DNA of 64,000 nt from Gracilinanus agilis (Eukaryota): positions 58,641,075-58,705,074 of the forward strand of contig NC_058135.1 in NCBI RefSeq assembly GCF_016433145.1. The letters run 5' to 3'. The stretch's first letter is position 1. The number at the start of each line of letters is the position of its first letter. The translations under genes were made by a program, and so were the position numbers. A model generated the notes under the pieces. The model saw only the letters and a list, made by a program, of their open reading frames with translations. It was not told the origin of the DNA and made no database searches. This document shows, piece after piece, positions 63,288-64,000 of the stretch.

Positions 63288-64000
63288 AGAAAGTCAACCA
63301 CCAAAATTGATTTTTTGAATGGAATAACCTATATAGTCCCAATTCCACTCTCACCAGACAGTGGATAGATCTCTACACTTAAAATGAGAAAGAACTGAAT
63401 TCAATCTCATCTCAAGCACTCACTTTCTAAGTGAAGTAAATCCCTTCATCTCCCTTAGTCCTAAATTTCCTCAAATCTATGATCCCATCACCCTCTTTCC
63501 AGGAGAAAGCTAGGTGGCCCAGTAGATAGAGTGCCAGGCTTGGAGTGATGCAAAGCTATGAAGGGAAATGGTGGAATCACTGTCCTCTGAGATCTTTAAG
63601 AATACAATAGACAAAGATAACCATCTTTCTTACATAGCTTAGGAATACCACCTATTCCTAAGGGTATTATGCAGCAGTAGATGATTATAGTACATGAGGT
63701 CCTTTGTAAAGGTGAAAACTTTATTTATCACGTTTGCAACATCCTTTTGCCCTTGCCACAACCCCAGGACAAGTCCCAATAACACCCTTTCCCCTTCTCT
63801 GCTCCCAACCTTAAACTATCTATTCTCTTCCATGTATAGCATCCAATCAATCTCTTTGTTTTCCTGATAAACAGAATGCTTCAATCTGCATTATGACCAT
63901 TTCCTCTAGCATTTTCTTAAATCTAGACAATCAACAAAACAATAATTCAACTACTGATCCAAAGGGTTTGCCAGTTTCCCAAGTGTTAATGCTCACACTG

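Overview
AT-rich, repeat-dense marsupial DNA. The SINE1_Mdo-type SINEs with the didelphid tail, plus MAR1/MIR, L2, L3, marsupial L1 and hAT MITEs, point to an opossum, most likely Monodelphis domestica. There are four assembly gaps. I recognise no intact protein-coding gene. The long ORFs on the track are gap or microsatellite artefacts, and only isolated exon-like and promoter-like signals exist, so the window is probably intronic or intergenic. Two things stand out. (1) A minus-strand block at about 12256-13218 whose translation, across stops and frameshifts, shows colinear motifs of bornavirus nucleoprotein: a candidate decayed endogenous bornavirus-like N element (EBLN), aligned by eye from recalled sequences and needing a real search. 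(2) Next to it, a 134-bp element with perfect 30-bp terminal inverted repeats, TGT...ACA ends and a 4-bp TSD, nested in a SINE. Also present: a degenerate 80-86 bp tandem array, a 7SL-derived retroposon split by an L1, several short local duplications, and a tandem of palindromic CCAAT/ETS modules. Repeat family names come from recognition of consensus-like sequence, not a database search. Boundaries of old repeats are approximate.
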